Of a stretch of 64,000 nt of DNA, positions 60,040-64,000 are shown piece by piece (the first letter of the stretch is position 1; every line of letters starts with the position of its first letter). Below the pieces are notes generated by a model. It did not search any database. It was given only the letters and a program-made list of their open reading frames with translations, and had not been told where the DNA came from. The DNA is from Macrostomum lignano (taxonomy: Eukaryota): positions 558,001 to 622,000 of the forward strand of contig NIVC01000197.1 in assembly GCA_002269645.1 (NCBI GenBank), read 5' to 3'. A program made the translations under genes and the position numbers.

Positions 60040-60183
60040 CAGGGTCGTAGCCAAGGGAGGGGGGTCATGCCCCCAGCCGGCTGATCCAGGCCAAATGCGG
60101 CAGCAACCCCCCTCCCCCGTCGCAGAGGCCTAGCACCCCCTGCCCCCTCCCCCCCCCAGAAAGAAATCCTGGCTACGCCACTG
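60040..60183. mobile_element. 144-bp hAT-type MITE with an 8-bp TSD
   Basis: Ends CAGGGTCGTAGCCA / TGGCTACGCCACTG; flanks ATTCCTTA (60032-60039) and ATTCTTTA (60184-60191); G-rich then C-rich interior. Confidence 0.75.
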
Positions 60184-61181
60184 ATTCTTTACAAAATGAT
60201 CGAAAATGAGAATGAAGAGTTTACCCACTTTGAACAGCTTAATGCGCTTTCAGAGGAAATTGTTTTAATTATTAGTTAAAACCAATAAATTAAAGTAATC
60301 CACGCTTGCTTGATATGGAACTTTGTCTTTAATATCCATGTAGAGAACTGATGGCCACATGGACCTGCACAGTTAAAGTACATTCAATACTTAGTCTAAT
60401 ACACTCGTAGCTTGCTCGCACATCGAGTCCGATCTGGCTCAAGTTTGAGTAGCTTTCACTTCACACACTCTCCTCTCTCTCTCTCTCTCTCTCTTAATTT
60501 GGGTAATTATTATTAAAGGTACTCCCATGGTTTGCCTCTGTTTCTACTAGGCTTCGGTGCAGCTCGACTCGACAAAGTTATATTAGACTTGTAAAATTTT
60601 ATTCGTTATTTATGACAGGACAATTAATTATTTAGACGATTTGACTGGAGTGTACGATTTTAAAACTTTATAGTTTTATTGCCACATTGGAGATGCTGCT
60701 GGACTCACCCGTTCCTCATGTCAGTCTTTTTAAGTCAGCCGAGAAATCGATTTTCTAACATATTGTGCGAAGCACATGCACTATGAGTATAATAGAAATC
60801 ATTGCAGTGCCCCAAGCACCAGCCAATTTCAAGCTTTTCACTGCAGCGAGCGCTCGGTCACGTGTGGAATAGAGAGCTGATGAAGCTGCAGTGCTCTAAA
60901 AGACCTCCCACTGAGCCTGACAGAGGGCTTATTCTCTTTCTCTCATCTTGCTCGCCTCGCCTCTTTCTTTCGTTCTTGGAACTGAACGGCTAATTAGATC
61001 CGCTATCCTCAGCTCCTCAGCCTGAGGCAGCTGTGCTGCCAGCCTCCCATCGCCCTCTGCCCATCCCGGTTCCTGGCTGAATCAATGTTTGGCCGGGGGC
61101 AGGCGACTCCGGCTAAATGGAACTGGCCTGAGAAATAAATTGCCGGAATCGGGGGCACTGCATGAGAACTGACGGGAGGTT

Positions 61182-61345
61182 GCAGTGGCTTACAGGACAC
61201 TGAAGAGAAGTTGCGGTGGCTTACAGGACACTGAAGAGAAGTTGCGGTGGCTTACAGGACACTGACACTGACGGGAGGTTGCGGTAGCTTACAGGACACT
61301 GACGGGAGGTTGCAGTGGCTTACGGAGGGACACTGACGGGAGGTT
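61182..61345. repeat. Short tandem array around G(T/C)GGCTTACAGGACACTGA
   Basis: About five related units read directly. Confidence 0.8.
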
Positions 61346-62389
61346 GCAGCGCCTCACTGACGAGATGTCTCACGTCTCACGGGAGGATTGACCGAGAAGC
61401 AGGAGCCCTGCCATTCCAGAAGCTGAAATATCTTGACACTCAATCAGTAAGCTTTTCTACCGGCAATAGTATTGGGTTGGCAAGGGGATTAATAAATACT
61501 TTATGAACAAAGGCGAGGCTGATTAACTCCGCGCCGCAGATCCCCTTAGCGCGGAGGCCCGTCCGGTAAATCCCTTTAGCGGCTTCCACGGGTCAGATGG
61601 ATTCCATGGTAAGAAGGCTCTGCCAAAATCCTAGAAAATCTTTGGGGATTCTTTGAGGAACCCCGTCGGCGTCATGCAGTGTGGCATGACAGGGAAAGGG
61701 ATTTTTCCTCCGCGGTTATAGGCGAGATTGTTGGCAGGGGATTTGAAGTGGGCCACGCATGGCGGGCTGGAGCTGCGGCAGGCTCGATTCCGCCAAGGTT
61801 CACCATGCAGTGTCGGGGAGGATGGAGGTTCCTCTAAAAAATCTCTAAAATATCCCATAGACACCAACAGAAGAAGGGGCTGAAATATCCAGGCTGGGAG
61901 GGGGGTAGAAATCGAGGGATTTCTGTTTACCGTGGAATCGATAGCCCAGCAGAGATAAGGGAGACGAGGAGGAGTGGCGCAAAGAGTGGCGCGGGAGAGA
62001 GCTGAGGGCAGCTTGAAAGATTCCAGCAGAATTGCCTGCTACTTCCATGCGAGTCCCATGGCGCTGAGCTGTTCAGGTCCGAGAGACAGTGGAGAGCAGG
62101 AGAGAGTCTCAGCTGTCAGCGAGTGCTTGAAAGTTTGGAAAGATTTGCAGAGAGTGTATATGCATTGGTCTTTACAATGGGCTGAGCCTTCTTTCAACTT
62201 AATTTAAGCAGGAACTAGCTCAACTAACATCATCTGCTGAGGCAGGATTAACCAAAACATTATGAAGCTTTGTGAAAACTCTAGAATATTTTAGTAAAAG
62301 CAAAAGAAGAAAAAGGATCTATCTAAAATAAATCGATTCGATTACAGTGTAAAAAATTGATCGATGCTTGATTAAAGTGTTATTCAGGT

Positions 62390-62951
62390 CCAGTTCAAGT
62401 TTGTCCGGTTCAGTTCTGTCCGGTTCAAGTTTGTCCGGTTCAAGTTTGTCCGGTTCAGTTCTGTCCGGTTCAAGTTTGTCCGGTTCAGTTTTGTCCGGTT
62501 CAAGTTTGTCCGGTTCAGTTTTGTCCGGTTCAAGTTTGTCTGGTTCAGTTCTGTCCGGTTCAAGTTTGTCCGGTTTAGTTTTGTCCGGTTCAAGTTTGTC
62601 CGGTTCAGTTCTGTCCGGTTCACGTTTGTCCGGTTCAGTTCTGTCCGGTTCAGTTTTGTCCGGTTCAAGTTTGTCTGGTTCAGTTCTGTCCGGTTCACGT
62701 TTGTCTGGTTCAGTTTTGTTCGGTTCAGTTTTGTCCGGTTCAAGTTTATCCGGTTCAGTTCTTTCCGGTTCAAGTTTGTCCGGTTCAGTTCTGTCCGGTT
62801 CAGTTTTGTCCGGTTCAAGTTTGTCTGGTTCAGTTCTGTCCGGTTCAAGTTTGTCCGGTTCAGTTTTTTTCGGTTCAGTTCTGTCCGGTTCAAGTTTGTC
62901 CGGTTCAGTTCTGTCCGGTTCAGGTTTATCCGGTTCAGGTTTGTCCGGTTC
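62390..62951. repeat. Minisatellite, 15-bp unit (TCCGGTTCAAGTTTG / TCCGGTTCAGTTCTG)
   Basis: Direct reading. Confidence 0.95.
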
Positions 62952-63529
62952 CGCTTTACGCAAAATGAAAGCTACATTTACATCCCATCCAGTGTGCACA
63001 TGATGTAATTATTTCATTATGTATTTTTGGGTGCTGATCCTCGAAGCATTGAGCTCAAATTAAATCGATATTTGGCCTCCAGGCAAAATGCAAAGTAATT
63101 TACATTTTCGACAATCGAATGTTTACATGTATATGCCCAATTATGTACTTTCTATTTAACGAGTAAACCCAGAGTTCATATTGACTTTAAAGCAGCAATC
63201 CAGGGCGGAGCCATTATTGAGCTGTAATTTAATATAATTTGCATGACGATCTACAGACTGCCGGGATTCAAGCATTCAGAAATTACAATCGCCTCCTCTT
63301 TATACACATGCAGTTTGTAGCGGATAAATTATGCAGGGTTCAAATCGAATATGATTGCCTACACGCTTGCGAAGGGAATGCTCAACTATAATTTGATATA
63401 TTCGGACTAAAAATCTGCTGTGTGCTGCTGCTGCTTCAGCATCTTTTGCTTTTTCAGCCATTTATTTCAGCCATAATTTTCATTAAAATCAGCCGAGGAG
63501 TCTTGTGAAAGCAAAGGAAGTCTCATGGA

Positions 63530-63718
63530 AGCATTGAAAGTCTCATAGAAGCGTTGGAAGTCTCTGGAAGTATATGAAGTCTCTGGAAGTATAGGAAGTC
63601 TCTGGAAGTATAGGAAGTCTCTGGAAGTATAGGAAGTCTCTGGAAGCACAGGAAGTCTCATGGAAGCAAAGGAAGTCTCATGGAAACGTTGGAAGTCTCG
63701 TGAAAGTATAGGAAGTCT
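63530..63718. repeat. Minisatellite, ~19-bp unit (GGAAGTCTCTGGAAGTATA)
   Basis: Direct reading. Confidence 0.9.
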
Positions 63719-64000
63719 CGTGCATGGAAGCTCGCAGAGAAGCATTTAAAAAATGAAAATCCTATTGAACTTTGGTACCCTGTGACTGTGTACCAGCTCT
63801 TGCGACAAATTGTCTTTCAGCCTTGCCCTGCCTCTTCCATCAATCACAGTTGGATCGTAACCTTTGGATAAATCAGTTCTTTATATAGATAGACTCGACT
63901 TGGATTTTAGATGACACAATATAATAGTACAGGCTACGGCTATATTGATACATGCAAATGCGATCTCAAGCTTATCATAAAACAATAGCTATACTTGATC

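Noticed and set aside
61500-62210. GC-rich stretch with several 60-80 aa ORFs
   Set aside because: No family motif or splice support.
1-64000. CRISPR-like interpretation of the many short repeat arrays
   Set aside because: Units are directly adjacent with no unique spacers, no cas genes are present, and the context is eukaryotic with spliceosomal introns.

Overview
Eukaryotic, repeat-rich animal genomic DNA. GC-rich exons, AT-rich introns and pervasive minisatellites suggest a Macrostomum-like flatworm (inference, not verified). Gene models rebuilt by hand from splice sites and reading frame: a 2-exon caveolin (-), a partial multi-exon gene with a TRADD-N/DEDD-C-like domain (-), a strongly diverged PNPO-like gene (+), METTL17/RSM22 (+), an intronless SLC22 transporter (-), an ELAV/Hu-type RNA-binding protein with five RRMs instead of three (+), and a possible single-TM Gly/His-rich protein (+). 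Mobile DNA: a decayed hAT transposase with a Penelope-like GIY-YIG fragment at its 5' end, a full-length dead mariner plus a mariner fragment, two Merlin transposase relics, three copies of a tRNA-derived CORE-like SINE, nested MITEs, and a 40-bp perfect palindrome with an 8-bp target-site duplication. About 25 different minisatellite arrays are present, and almost every long intron has its own. Most long ORFs in the supplied track are artefacts of these arrays or antisense shadows of real exons. No rRNA, true tRNA or CRISPR array was found. The best leads are the 5-RRM ELAV, the probable PNPO pseudoenzyme, the private intronic arrays built from acceptor-like or hairpin units, and the minimal palindromic insertion.
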